Source of the DNA: Bilabrum cf. latius
Lineage: Eukaryota
Assembly (NCBI GenBank): GCA_965178125.1
Contig: OZ237774.1
Location: forward strand, 434,001-498,000
DNA length: 64,000 nt
Reading direction: 5' to 3'
Shown here: positions 37,394-50,948 of the stretch, one piece after another
How positions within the stretch are numbered: the stretch's first letter is position 1
How the letters are laid out: the number at the start of each line of letters is the position of its first letter
Notes under the pieces: model-generated
The model's database searches: none
Told to the model about the DNA's origin: nothing
The model's input: only the letters and a program-made list of their open reading frames with translations
Made by a program: the position numbers and the translations under genes

Positions 37394-40300
37394 ATGATTA
37401 TTTTATCTCCGTAGGCGCTTCAAGACGACGCAAAGTTCCTGATGAATGCCTGCAAGCCCGCCCAGGGGCTGCCCATGGGCCCCACCAAAGAGGCCTTCCA
37501 GAAGTGGCTAGCAGCCGCAACGGCTGCCGTCGGCAAGGCATGCGGCAGCCCACCCCCTCCAGAGACGTAGATTAAGCTCTTATAGTCGCCCGGCAGTCCC
37601 GCCGGTTCCGCTGCACCTCCTGGGGGCCGAGCCGCCGAGCACTACCGGCGCGTCGGCAGGGGCGCCCTCCACGCATGCCTCACGCAGCCCGGCGCCGCGC
37701 ACGCCTGGTTCCGCTGCGCGGCCGGCTGCCCCGGGGCGCCCCTGGCCATCGGCGCCCTTTTGCGAGGCATGTCCCAGCTGTGCTCCGATCGGACCAGCGG
37801 CCCCGCGGGCGCCAAGGCACCCCCCGAGCTGGTCGCAACCCCGCGGCTCACCCGCATGAGCGAGGGCGCAAGGGCACAGCTCCTGTGGCTGCTCAACGAG
37901 GCGGCCAACCAGAAAGTTGTTCCCCGGACCATCGCGGACCCGCATGCGGATGCCGTGCTGATGGCCTGCTTGAGGGTGGCGCTGCCCGGCGACTCCGGAT
38001 CCCCGGCGCCGCGCAACCTGCACCCCGGTTCCGTTCTGGTGGCGGACGCGGGCGTGCTGGGCAAAGGACACATCGGGATCGCGGGGCAGGTGCGGCTGCT
38101 GAGCCGGCTGCTGGACATGCTCTGGAACCAGAGGGGGTGGCTGGCGGCTAGGAACCAGCGGGCGGGCCTGGCCTTCCTGTGCGGGCTGAGGGCAGCGGCC
38201 GTGCCTGTTCCCCAGGGTGCATTGCACGACGGCGGGCAGCGGGTCAAGGACGGCTGGCCCCAGAGGAAGGGAGCCTTGCTCGCCCTGGACCTGTGGCAGA
38301 GGTCGACGGTGGCCTGCGCGAGGACGGGGCGGGAGGGGGCCAGGATGCTCCTGGAGGCCGCGCGCTGTTCCCCGGAGCTGAGGTGTGTGACGAGTGCGCT
38401 GGTCAAGGGAGTTGAGGTTCCGCAGAGCGGGGGCGCCGCGCAGAGGCTCTCTCTTTCCTCGCTGGCTCGCATGCGCCCCAAGCAGCTGCCGCACCTGGTA
38501 CTGTCCGGCATGTCCGTTGAGTCCGAGCGCCTGCTGGTGTTCCTGTGCACTGGGGTGGCCCGGGGGAAGGAGAAGAGGCATGTGGAGTGGCTGCTGCGGG
38601 ATGAGCTGGGGCTACCGGGGCACGTGGCGGCGGGGGCGGCTGGGCTGGGGGCGCCTTCCGCCGCTGTGGGGGCGGAGAGCTCTTCATCTTCCTCTTCGTC
38701 ATCTTCAGGGGCGGCGGGGGCTGCGCCAGGTGCAGGTGCAGGTGCTCTATACACCGCTGCGGTCCGTGGGGCTGGGCTGCTTCGGTTCCTGTGCGGGGTA
38801 TTCGCTCCGAATCCGAAGCTGGCAGGGAAGGGGCTGGTGCGGAGACACGCGCTTGCGGGGCGGGTGCTAGCCGGTGTGGGGGGTGTGGGGGGTGTGGGGG
38901 GTGTGGAGCCGGGGCAGCGGCTTGGGGGTTACTGCCACGGGGATGTGACGAGTGGGGGTGCCGGAGAGTGTTGGTCTCTGTGGGTGTGCCTGCGGGCGCT
39001 GGCGCTGGACCTGGTGCTGTTCCGGGGTGGCGGCAAGGACCCGCCCGCCAGCGTGCTTCCGGCGCTTCAGCTGCTGCTAGGCGCCGGTGTGGGGGAGGGC
39101 GGGTCCGTTGGGGGAAGGCTAGCGCAGGAGATCCAGGCATCGCTGGCGATGGCGGTGCATTGCATGGCGGTGCAGGGGGCGGATGGGGCCTCCGTGGCAG
39201 GGGGCGTCAAGGGGGGGTGGGAGCCTCCCAGCCCTGTGACGAGTGCGGCGGAGGCGAGCGGCTCCGTGGCCGCGGCGGTAGCGGCGTGCGAGTCGGCGGG
39301 TCTGCTTGCGGGGGGGGCAGCGGGGGCTCTCAGGGGTGCGGTTGGGGGCAAGGGACCCCTGGGCGGGGTCGGTTCCGCAGAACTGCGCGGCTTCTTCACG
39401 GAGGTGGGCACAAAGGCCGAGGCATTGCTCCGGTCAGCGCACTCGTCACACCCCAATGATGGGGGGAGCAAGCAGCCGGCGTCCCCCGCGACCCCCTCGT
39501 CCCCTGGGGGTCACGACCCCCCCCGATCTCCATCCTCCTCGTCCTCATCCACCTCGTCCTCCTCCTCCTCCTCCTCAGCGAAATCATCGTCGTCGTCATC
39601 ATCATCACCGACGGCCCAGCAGGCGGGACGCAAGCGCAGGCGGTCAGCCAGTGTGACGAGTGAGGGCGCCGACGAGAGCCACGCGGCCGCTGCTGCTGCT
39701 GCTGCTGCTTGGAGTCCGGAGAATCGAGCTCCCACTGCGGGCGGGGCCGGCGAGTACGATGTGACGAGTGCGGGCGGCGTGTTCGGTGCCTTGGGGCGCG
39801 CGGCTCGAACGGCCCGGGCGGCAAGCCTGGGGATCAGTGTGACGAGTGCGGACGGCGGCGACGACGGTCCGTCGCTGTGTGTGATGAGGACGGGCGACGG
39901 GCCAACAAAGAGCGGCACCTCTCACTCGTCACACGAGGACGCTGCACTGCTGGTGCCTGTGGCAGCGCAGCTGTCGGCCCTGGGGACGGCTGTCGACGAG
40001 TTGGCGGGGGCGCGGGCGGCGCTGCTCGAGTGGGCGAGAGGGTGTCAGTCTGACGGGGGTCAGTCTGAGGAACAAGATGGTGGCCATGGCGAGTCAGATG
40101 GGCCAAACCGGAAGCGCAGGCGCAGGGAACAAGAGAGTCGCGGCGAGGACACCAGCATGAGCAGCGGCTTGCAGGACCCGAAGGGCAGGGCACTGGCGGC
40201 CGCACTCGTCACACGAGAGAAGCTGTGCCGGTCCCTGTCCGCAGAGCTCTGTGCCCTGGTGATGCCTGAAGCCGGGCTAAGCGAAGGTGAGGGCGCGGGT

Positions 40301-41200
40301 GCGAGTCCCGTTGGGCAGGGCCTGGTGCTGGGGCCAGAGGGGGCGGCGGCGCTCGGGCGGTGGCTGGGGGCTCGTGGGGCGGAGGAGCTGCTGGTGGGGG
40401 GCCCCGGGCTGGTTGCGGGTGTGACGAGTGAGGAGGAGGATGGAGGGAGAGGAAAGGGGGAGGAGGAATAGGTGAGTGGAGCGCTGAGAGCGGTACTGGG
40501 CGGGGGCGGGGCATCGGATGAGACTGCGTGCGGGGGGGCGGGGCTGGTGGGGCTGCTCTGGAGAATGGGGGGGTGTCCCCTGGTGGCCCCCTGGGTGGGG
40601 GCGGGGGTGGGACATGTGACGAGTGAGGGCGGCGGGGATGGCTTGGCCGTGCTGGCAGCGATGCGCGCCGGTGGTGGGCCCTCAAAGGGTGCATCGCACG
40701 GTAGTGCAAGCGAGGGTGCGCTGATTGTCGCCGCCAGAGCAGCATCGCTGGGATCGAGCTGCCCCACCGAAGGTTCCCTGCGAACCTTGTTCGCTGGGGA
40801 ACAGGCCACTGGCGCAGCGGCTGGTGTATGCCTCTGCGCCCGAGGGTGCTGCTCTGCCGTGGCGGCGGTGCGGGCGGTGGAGGGGACTCGGAGCCAAAAT
40901 GAACCACGAGCGAGCGTCGGGGGTTCCGGTGCGGCCATTACGCGCGTGACGAGTGCGTTCTGCGCGGGCGCCTGGGTGGTTGCCGCGCTGTGCGTCGGGG
41001 CGGGCGGGGGCAGCGGGGCACGGGATGGGGAGGAGAGTGGGACAATGGGAAGCGGTGACGAAGGTCTGGCGGGTGTGGATGCAGAGGTACGAGGGGAGAT
41101 GCGCGGGCTCCAGTGCCGCGGTGCGACCAAGCTGCTGCAGAGATTGGTTGCAACCGGTGCCCCGCTCGCCAAGGTTGCAGCTGCCACAACTTGTTCCTGA
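37394..41200 (+). CDS. INTS3: Integrator subunit 3 / SOSS-A-like protein with long low-complexity insertions
   Basis: RAQLLWLLNE, ADAVLMACLR, LDMLWNQRGWL, FLCTGVARGKEKRHVEW and LRFLCGVFAP are collinear with the INTS3 N-terminal motifs as I recall them. Frame is open with TAG sense; start and 3' structure uncertain. Confidence 0.65.
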
Positions 41201-42225
41201 CGACGCCACACAGTGGCAGTGCCGGCTGCACCGTGATTTGATCATAGCAGGGTGTTTCTTTGCATTTTAGAGGCACGTGGACCTTTGTATTCCTGTATCG
41301 GCTTTACGCTTCGCCACAAGCCTGTTGCCGACTCCAAACAGCCGAAGAAATATGGGGCCATGCTATTTCACGATCACAACATCTATATCCAATGTTGCCA
41401 GTTCTACGAGAATATAATTGTTTATACGCCTTTGCGATGATGCATTTAGGTGCTAAGTTTTGATGAGGCGGGGGAGGGGGTACGTAAGGTAATGAATGGG
41501 GTTTTCTTTCTGTTGCTGCCGAAACGCTGAACTCGATGTCGGGCCCTGTCCGAGCAACCAATAACGCATCGGCTCATATTACAGTGCGCGAGCGGGTACT
41601 GTCGCGCGCCTATTCAAAGTGGCAACAGTAAATGGGTTCATGCTGGAGCGCTAACGCTGCAGTCCAGTCGCATCCCGGCGAGAGGGCCAATATTCACAGC
41701 AGCCGTAAGTGTGCAGTGCTATCCAACATACTCCCCATGCTTGCACAAATTCAGTGCATACGCATGCGTACTGTAGTGTTCTGTGCATAGTTCATGTTCA
41801 CGGGTGTTTGGGTCGCTCATCCGGCTGGGCGGCCGCCAAACGCAGCCCCGAATACAGTTTATGCGAACGGCTTCTGTGTGCGATTAAGAGATTCGTATAG
41901 CAATGCTTTCATCCAGCTGATGGGGACATAGTTGGCGCATCGCATGGATCTCACTGTGTCGCGATGCAGCGGCAGGCAGCGGCCCGCAGTGGTTCGGTTC
42001 CCCGGTCGACGTCTACGCGAGTTGTTGCAAGCGCTTTGGAATGGTGCGCTGCAACCCGTTTCCATGAATGGGCGCTAAAGCTTGATTGCTGACATTTTCT
42101 CAGTGCCAACTGCTCATCTGCACGACTTTAGTATCGCAGATGAGCCTGAATCGGGTCCGGTGCACCCTGGAAGCCCAGCTGACCGGCCCGTGGCGCCAAG
42201 CCGCACGACCACGACAGAGCCAAAC

Positions 42226-44905
42226 ATGCGAGCTTCAGTGCGCCAGAATAGTCCCGAAAGTGCATGTGAGAATTTTGCCTCGACACAGCCTTCCGCTGAA
42301 TTGGGCGGGCTAACTCGATACGACGACCGATTCTCCAAGACACGATGCAGTCGCAGGTGAACCGAGTGAAAGCTTGACCAGAAGTGCACCGCACCGGCGC
42401 ATACAGTCGGACACCGCTTTTAATCCTTGCGATGGGGGCTTATCACGGCCGCAGCAGACACCCGGCCGGCGCGTAGTCGCACCCGCCCGCCCGAGAGCGA
42501 GATCAGAGCCCACTGTGGTCCGGGATGCGCGCTTGGACCGCATCAAGCGGTTGCTTCGGGAGCTCCGCGAGCTAGACAGCCAGCCCCTCGTGATACCAGA
42601 GCTGTCCAAGTTCCTCCCCGCTGGGTATTTCCCCGAAGACATCACGGGGCAAGGTTCAGGTGCTGCGAGATCAGGAGGTGCTGCTGCTGATGGTTTAAAG
42701 CATAGCCTGGATCAGCAACGGGAAGCCACAAGCGCAAAGAAGCTTGAGAACAACAACAACCGTACCGCCAAGACCAATGATAATATAGGTACCGGACATG
42801 GCAGTGGTAGAGGCCCAGGCCGGCCGAGATCTAGGTCCTGGTCGGGTACACTGCAGTAGGCCGGACTACTGCTGTCCTACGAGTCGGCCGATGAAGAATA
42901 CGAGGAGGCTGCGAGGGTGGTGTGGGAGCTGCTGGATGCTTCGCAGGGCAGCGAGGAAGATGTGTTATTCAGGGGTGGCACGGACGTATTTGATTTCAAG
43001 CCTGATGACGCAGCTCAAGAGATGGCACTGGACGATGACGACGAGGACCCGCTGGGCAGCCCGCGCTTCGAGCACAGGCAGTCGGGTGGGCGACAGCGAA
43101 AGAATCGTAGCAAGGCCAAGAATAGAAGCAAATGGCATGCAGGCTAGAGCAGTCAAACCGAAGCAGCCGCTGATGCGTCAACCCCACCATAGGATCTAGA
43201 TAGGTCCCCACCAAATAGCTTTGGCCGATCGGGGCAGTTCAGGGGATCCAACGCCAGGCGGATTCTGCAGCTCGCGCGCCTCGCTCGCACGTCCGGACTC
43301 GCCACGCTGCGCTCGCACAGGACAGCTACGTCGAGCCGAGGCCGATAGGGTCGCAAGGGGAAGGGGTCATCTCGCGGGATCGTGCCCCAGTCGCTACCGG
43401 TTGCTCTCAGGCTGGGAGTGGTGCAGGAGGCCATCCCTGAGATGCCCAGCGAGGAGGCAGAAGGATTGAAGCATGGCAAGGAAGATGGGATGCAGCTGGT
43501 GCCTGGTGCGGGCAGCAGCTCCGTGGGCATCGGCACCAGTTCCTCACCCCCTCCCGGTCGCTCTCGGCTGCAACACAATGAGGGTACGTCTGCAGAGGAG
43601 GCGAGGTCCAGCCGATTGTCCAGCAGCAGTGCTCAGACCCAGGGCGGGTCAACTGCGATGACAGCCACCGGCACAGCGAGCGTGTCCAATAGTATGGCGG
43701 CGGGCACGATCGGCTCAGGGGAGCAGGGCAGCAGGTACTACAAGACAAGCACAGGCATGTGGAAATCGTCGCAGGAGTCGCAGTCTACGGCTGATGTGGC
43801 GGCTGCGCTGGCGGCGGGGGGGTTCCTAGGGGGGTTTTCTGGCAGTGACCCCGTAGTGGGGTCACAGCGGATCTCTGCATCTGGTTCTACTCCGGCAGCA
43901 GCCAGACATCCTAGGCCCCTTCCACAGGGCGCCGATCCATTGAAGCGACCCAGCGGTGACTCGACCCATAGTCCTAGCAGACAAAAAATCAAGGAGACCA
44001 TGCCGAAGGGAAGCAATCACAGGAGCAGCAAGTCATGGAAGCGACGACCCAGGGAGGAAAGCGCAGAGGGGATTGGGACAAAGCGAGAGTGGAGGGCAAG
44101 GGTGCTGCACCTCCCAGAGGACCCGGAGCCGGAACCTGCCCTACCGCCTGCGACGACGCCGGCAGATAACAGTGTTACTTTCCTGCGAGCTGTTGGTGCG
44201 GTGGGTCAAGCGGTTGCAACCGAGGGTCGAGCTGACGAGAGCGTGGGCCCGAGTCGGGGCCGCAAAGCCCAAGGGCCAATCGATGAGCGGAGTGGCCAGG
44301 CAGGGGCAGCGGGGCAGGGAACAAAGTAGACGAGGGGTAGACTCGGCAGCGGTGTCCAGTCTAGCGGCGTGCAGCAAACCGCGGCGCTGTACGGTGCGAT
44401 GGGCCGTGCTGCCACAGCCAAAGCCGAAGGCAAAGGCACAGGCGCGGGTATTGGAGCCCTGCACCCGCGGGAAGAGGACGGTGGGTCCAGCGTGGGGGTA
44501 CACGGGGGACTTGAGTCAGGCAGTGGCAGCGGCAGCAGCGGGGGAAGCAGCCTCGATGACGAGGGCAGGAGGATGGTGCGGGCGCTGGGCGGGGAGCTGG
44601 GGGCCACGATCAGGAGGAGGGCGGCGGCGATGGCGCAGCAGGCAGCCGCGCGGAAGCCAGAGGATGTGGGGGTGCTGATCACGGATGGGGAAGGGAGCTC
44701 GTTCTCGGGTCTAGGCGCGGGTATGGGGTTGGGCGGCCGATCGAGGCATGATTCGTCTGCGGATGCGCGGGACGTGAGTTCAGCAGGTGTTCGTAGTTTG
44801 GAGAGGAGGGTGGAAGAGCTTAGGCGGTTCAAGAGGATGAAGCAGGAACACGAGGAGTAGGAGGCGCAGGAGGAAGAGGGGAGCAGCTCGTTCGACTATT
44901 TCTGA
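42226..44905 (+). CDS. Hypothetical low-complexity protein; join(42226..42265,42357..44905)
   Basis: About 2.5 kb single frame interrupted only by TAGs, ending TGA; candidate GTGAGA...TCGCAG intron at 42266-42356. Confidence 0.55.
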
Positions 44906-45107
44906 ACTTGGATCTTGGCCCCGGGTGGGAGAGCGGCTCTGATCATACTAGGATCCGGATCCTCCTACACGGTGCTCGCCGCACGCTGTGAATATCACAA
45001 TCAAAGATAAGGATGTATTTCGAATTGGTAAGACCTCTAGAACTAGCTAGTCAGGCCAAAACCTAGATCTAGTCCGCGTCATACCCGGAGTATAAATTCT
45101 CCGGACC

Positions 45108-48100
45108 TCACTACGGGCTACTTCTGCCAGATCCCCCACCGAGCAGCTCTTCTCCGCTGCCAGAGGCCATTCGCTGCAAGGTACGCGGCCCCGCACCTTC
45201 GTGCGCTGTACTTGCCCCTCCCCCGCTCTCACTATTGCCCGTCAGACCAGCAGGCTGCGTGCCCTCTGTCATGATCCTCCTGCCACTGTCTCTCTGGCCC
45301 GCAATCGTCACACCAGCATGCAGCGCGGCGGCAGGTGCGCCCACCAGCGGATTGAATCGGGAATGCGGGCTGGTGCGGGATAGACCTACACTCTCCCACG
45401 CACCAGGTACACTCATCGCGCGGCCCTGGATATCATCTAGCTGCCTTGTGTGGCCGGCTCCATCGGGTCTGAGCGGCGACGAAGATGAAGATGAAGATGA
45501 AGATGAAGAAGCGGGCATGTGGGCTCGGGTGACGCCCGGTGGGGGTGGAGGGGGAGGTGGCGTGGCGGCACGGGCTGGACTGTTCCCTGGCTGTGCCTCG
45601 TATCCTCCACCACGCTGCTGTCCCCCCCTGCTCCTCCTCCCCCCCCTGCCCCTCCCCCCGTTGGATCGCCCACCTGCTGCACCACCAGGCCCCCGGGCGC
45701 GCGCATTCGTCACACTGCTGCCAATGCTGGACCCAGCCGACCATTCCCCCATACTGCGCGGCGCCAGTTCCGCAACCAGTCCACCCACACCTGACGAGGC
45801 CCCTGCTGCCGTGTCAGCCGCCGGGACAGGAGGAGCATCGGCAGGAAGCCCAGCTCCGATCTCCAATCCGATTCCGAGTCCATCCTCATCCGCATCTCCT
45901 GCAAACGACGCCGCCCCACCAGACCGCAGCCCCCTGCCCTTGCCCCTTGCCCCGCTTCCATTCGAGGCCCCTGCAGCCCTGCCCACCGCCAGGGGCTGCT
46001 CCACGGGGGCGAAGTAGGCCGCGCGCCAGTCCGACTCGGGCTGTGACGATTGACCAGCACCTGCTCGTGCAGCTGCAGCCGACCTGCTTTCCAATCCACC
46101 GGTGGATCCACCGCCCCCCCATCCCCCCTCGTCATCGTCATCCCCCCCCTCACCTGCCCCCCCCCCAAGACCTGTGAATGCACCCCTGGACCACTCCGCC
46201 AGCCAGTGGGTAAAGTCGGGGGAGAGACCTACACTCTCCCCCGATAACCGACGGGACCTCCTCCGGCGCCTCTTGCTCCTTCTGGTTCTCTTCATCTTCC
46301 CGTTTTGCCCTCCCTCGCCCCTTGGAATCTGCTAGCCTTTACCCCCCACTGCGGTCGCCGCCACGCTCTCGTCGTCCTGCTCGTCGGAGCAAGAAGAAAG
46401 GGAGGACGAGGACCCGTCCTCACTCGTCACACCCCTCCCGCCTCTGCTGGAGTCCCCTTCCTCGCTCCATCGCTCGCTCACCACGGACAGGGCGTCACCC
46501 CCCCGGATACCCCCCCCCGCCCTCGCTGCGCCCCCCCGTGAAGCAACCCCCTCCCTCCGTCTGCGCCCACCAGCCCCTCTGCCGGAACCGGGGCCCGGGA
46601 CTGGACCGGCCCCGGTCCCACTGGTCCCACTATCCTACGGTTTGTTTGCACTGCCGTGCGCTGCACCCACAGCCATGGAAGGCCCGAAGGATCGCTTCCT
46701 CCTCCTGCCCCCTCTGGCACTGCCGCCACCACCACCATCCACTCCTCCTCCCCCCCCCCCGCTGCTGCTGCGCCGCCTGCCGCCGCCGCTGTCGGCCGCT
46801 GGGATTCCGACTTCCTGTAGACCATCACTCTCCGAAAAACGACCGACGCTGTCGCTCGACGCACCGCTGACCCGCCGGTCCAGAGGACCGTGACCCACGC
46901 TGACGTCAGAGCCGAAGGAGCCCACGTGACCCGGCCCCGGCCCCTGCCCGCTGGTCGAGGAGCCGCCTTTGCTGGCCGACCGCTGCGCACTCGTCACACC
47001 TTCGGACGCCTCTGAGGAGGCGGGGGAGGGGGATGCAGGGGAGTGCGGGCGGCTGGGGAGGACCTGCCGGGCGCTGTCGCTCCCTCTCCTTCTGCTGCTT
47101 CTGTCTCCTGAATTGGGGGCGGTGGCGCTGCTGGTGCTGCTGCTGCTGCTGCTCGGGTTGGGGTGCGCCACCTGCTGCTCCATCGAGTCTGTGGTTGCCT
47201 TGGCGGCCTCGCCTGCACCTTCACTCGTCCTGCCTCGTTGTTCCCTGGCTTGTTCCCTGGCTTGTTCCCTTTTCTCCCTCTCGATCCTCCTGAGCTCCCT
47301 CCTCTGGTCCTGCACGATCAGCCGCTGCAGCCCCTCGTCCCTCTGGATCGCACGCATTGTTCCCTGATGGGCGGCTCGGCTGGCCCCTCGAGCTCCGCAG
47401 CACTCCACATCCGCGCATCCTAACAGGTAGCAGGGCAGGCACATGCACCTGCAGCAGCACCCGCACCCCCTGGGCACAGCCCCCTGGCACCAGCAGGGGG
47501 CGAGCCAGGGACAGGGACATGGGGTGGAGGCCGCTGCAGCCAGCCGCCCCCTCACGCTGGGCCCCTCCCACACCTCCTTGAGCCCCCTCGGGCCCGACCC
47601 CCCTGACCCGAACCCGCCACCCGGGGCCGTGGTGTTGGAGAACAGAGCGAACAGCAGCGCCGCGCTCATGGCCCCCTCCACTGCGAGCGCGCACCACTCA
47701 ACGGCTAGCCACTCCCCGGGGCCCAGGTACCTCTCGTACAGGGCCCAGGAGAACACCCCCCCCCAGCACAGGCCCCCGATCAGCAGCGTGAACACTGTTC
47801 CCCGGAGCTTGCTGCGAGCCCGGGCCGCCCTCTGTCTCTGCCGCGTCACCGTGGCCAGCGCCTGGCGAGCCGCCGCCTCCCTGCGGCGCTTGCGACGCTC
47901 CGCCCTCTCCGCTGCTACCGCGGCGACTCTGGCGGACACATCCCGGGATCGAGCCCGGGCCGATTTCTTTTTGCTCCCGGCCCGTACGGGGCTGGCGGAG
48001 CCGCTGCCAGCATTCGCGGGACTCGATCCCGGGACGAGGAGGTCGAAGGACTGCGCCCTGCTGAGTGCCCCGGATCCGGAGCCTGAATCAGTTCCCCCGA

Positions 48101-49916
48101 TGGCGCTGGCCCCCGCTCTTGCTAACCTAACCGCATTCGTCACATCCGCTGCTGCAGGGGAGCTGGCGGGCAGCGCAGGCGGTGCCACGGCCGGGCCACG
48201 GGAGGCGGGGCTGGATCCGTGTGACGAGTGCACCGCCGTCGGGTGAGCCCGGCTGCCATCTTGGCCCCCTGCCCCTTTGACCACTGCCCCTTTGGCCAGG
48301 TTGGCTGCCTGTTCCTGATCCAGCACTCCCAGGTGGGTCCTGTGCAGGGGCCGGGGGCGGGTGCGGCGACCCCCCCGCGCGCTCCTGCGGTAGGGACCTC
48401 CGTCCTGGTCGGTGTGACGAGTGCCCTGGGAGGCTCCCCATGCCCCGTGCCACAGCCAGACCCCGCACACGCAGGCCGCGCATCGGGCGCAGCAGCCCGC
48501 CCGCCTTCCCGACACGTCCTCTTCCTCCTCCTCTTCATCGTCATTGTTTCCTCGGCCTCTTCGGGCGTTGCGGGGCGACGGCCCCGACTCACCGCCCCCA
48601 CTCGTCACACCATCACCCCCACCCGCACCCCCCTGTTCCTCCAGCCTCCTCAGAGCCCCCGCCAGCTCGGCCTCCTCTGTGCTGGCCCACCGGCAGCGGC
48701 AGCACAGGCAGGACGAGAACTCCTGCCGGCCCGCCGTCCCTGGACTCATGGCATCACCTGCAACTGCAGAGGTCTCTTTGTCCTCGTCTCCCTTGGAACC
48801 AGGAGCGCCCCATGCAGTGGCGGTGTCATGCCCCAGCGGGCCCTCCGACGCACCACCGTGCGGTGCACCCGCACCTGCCAGGAGCCCCCCAGGCGCCTCT
48901 TTCACACGCCAGCCGCCCGGCGCACTCGACACACTCACGCCGGACCTCCGCCGCGGCCGGGGTCCGTCCCTGTTCCCCGGTGCCCCGCACCCGCACTCGT
49001 CACAGTTGTAGCACCCGCAGCACCCGCTCCCGCCAGCCTCCGCCCCCCCTCCCAAACCACTCGTCACACCACTGCAGCCCCCCCACCCCGGCCTGCACTC
49101 GCACAGGCAGCACCAGCAGAAGAGCCCTCTGGCCCCGCAGCACCCCGCCTCCCCCTCCCGCAGCGGGGACAGTCCCGCACGCTGCGCCATCTGGCCCGCT
49201 GCATGCGAGACCGTCCCGACATCCAGTGTCTCGTTGAAGCGCACCGCGTACAGGGTGCCCCACGCGGCGAAACCAACGGCAAACGCCCCGAAAACGCCCC
49301 GCATCACGTCCATGGCCAGCTGGCGATCCACCGCCCTTGCGGAACCAAGAGCCCCCAGCACCGCGGCGCCCAGAAGGACCAGCAGCAGTCCCCAGATGCC
49401 CCACTTGTACCTGCCAATCATGACTGCGGACCTGATCCGGGCCATCTGTTCCCCAGCGACCACCACTCTCTGCCACATGGCTATCATGGTGAGGAGGGCC
49501 GCGTAGAAGATGAGCGTGGGCGCCCGCTGCAGGAAGTCCTGGATCGGCTCCGGATACAGGAGGAAGAATCCGTAGGGGTCGGCGAGCCAAGCGAGGCGAG
49601 CTGCGGGGGGGAGGGGGGGAGGGAGTGTGGCGCAGGGAAGGCTCGCTGCATTATGTCGCCATTGCTGCGTGGGGGGATGGGGGGGGTGGTGGGTGTGGCC
49701 GCGAGATTTGTATGGTCCAAACTCACCCATGCACCCCGTCGCCACTATCAGAAGGCATAGCGTCCTGAAATTGACCGCGCACGCTTGCTTGACGGCGGCT
49801 TGCCACAGCGCCAGCGCGGCGAGCACGAGAAAAGCAGCCGCGTTGCTCCCGAGGTAAGCGAGCAGGAATGGACCAAGTAGCTCGTTCCACTCGACGGGGG
49901 GATCCGCCGTGGACCC
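45108..49916 (-). CDS. Large multi-pass (THH1/TOM1-like 7TM) membrane protein with long disordered loops; 5' exons unresolved
   Basis: One frame open across TAGs to TGA45108. TM segments with RLAWLADPYG motif; probable in-frame intron at about 49602-49725. Confidence 0.6.
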
Positions 49917-50948
49917 TGCGAGTGAGAAAATGGTTAATAGTGCAAGCTGGATGAGGAGCAGCGATGTTCAACGAAGCGTCACCGAATGGGAGCGGCGTGT
50001 CGACCATGCGGACATTGTGCCGCACTTCCTGCAGTGGCCCTTTCAGTACAGCCTCTTGAGTACGTCCAGTGATGCATAACGCATGAACTCTTACTCACAG
50101 AAATCAATGGTGTCCCTTTCATCTCCTGGAGCCATCTCCAGAGATCGGGATGTGCTGCATGAAGTTCGCAGCGATGCAGTGTCAGCATGCTGTGCATTCG
50201 ACGTCGTTCCGTTTCGACGAGGACTATGCGCAATTGCAGTACTCAATAGTGCCCATCTGACATAATGTGACCCGGACTGGATACCCACAGAGCCACGCAA
50301 GCCCAGCTAGACAGGACGGCTCCGACGAGGTGTAGTGTAGCAGCGGACGTCCTCATCGCAGCCGTTCAGTCCGCAGGCGTCCATGCCAGCAGGTGCAATC
50401 AGTGCTTTGCATCCAACAATATTGCCAGTAGACGCCAGAAGGGTGCACGTGAAGGATGCACTGCCAAGTGCGGCAAGAAGTCTCATTGCAGCCAGCGTTA
50501 CGCGTGCCAAAATCCGATTGCTGTTGGATGAACCTCGAGCTAATCAATCAGTCTTATCCAAAAGTACCGGATACCATCGCAAGGTGTTGTGTACTCCCCG
50601 CCTATGCGCCCGTGCCAGTCTCGATTGGCCGCGCCTGGGTGTGATGATGGCTGCTCGCAGACTGGAAGCTTGCTTGCTCGCTTGCAGCTTTTTGATTTCA
50701 CAACCCCTATTTTCGGCGCACCGATGATGATATGGCGAGAAACAGCTGCACGTGTAAATGGGTGGGAATGGAACCGAATCTAGTTCGTTTCCTCGCGCAC
50801 ATGCATCCAGCCATCCAGCCCCCTTCGGCACACAAACACATCGCCATCGCCCACCCTCCGCCCAATCGTTCCTGCCCGCAATCATGCAACCCCGTCATCC
50901 TCCCATCCACCACCCGGATCCCGTGACTGCACTTGTCACACCCCATCC

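Noticed and set aside
42357-42372. Possible 16-nt GT-AG micro-intron
   Set aside because: A 91-nt intron (42266-42356) with consensus GTGAGA...TCGCAG explains the frame change better.
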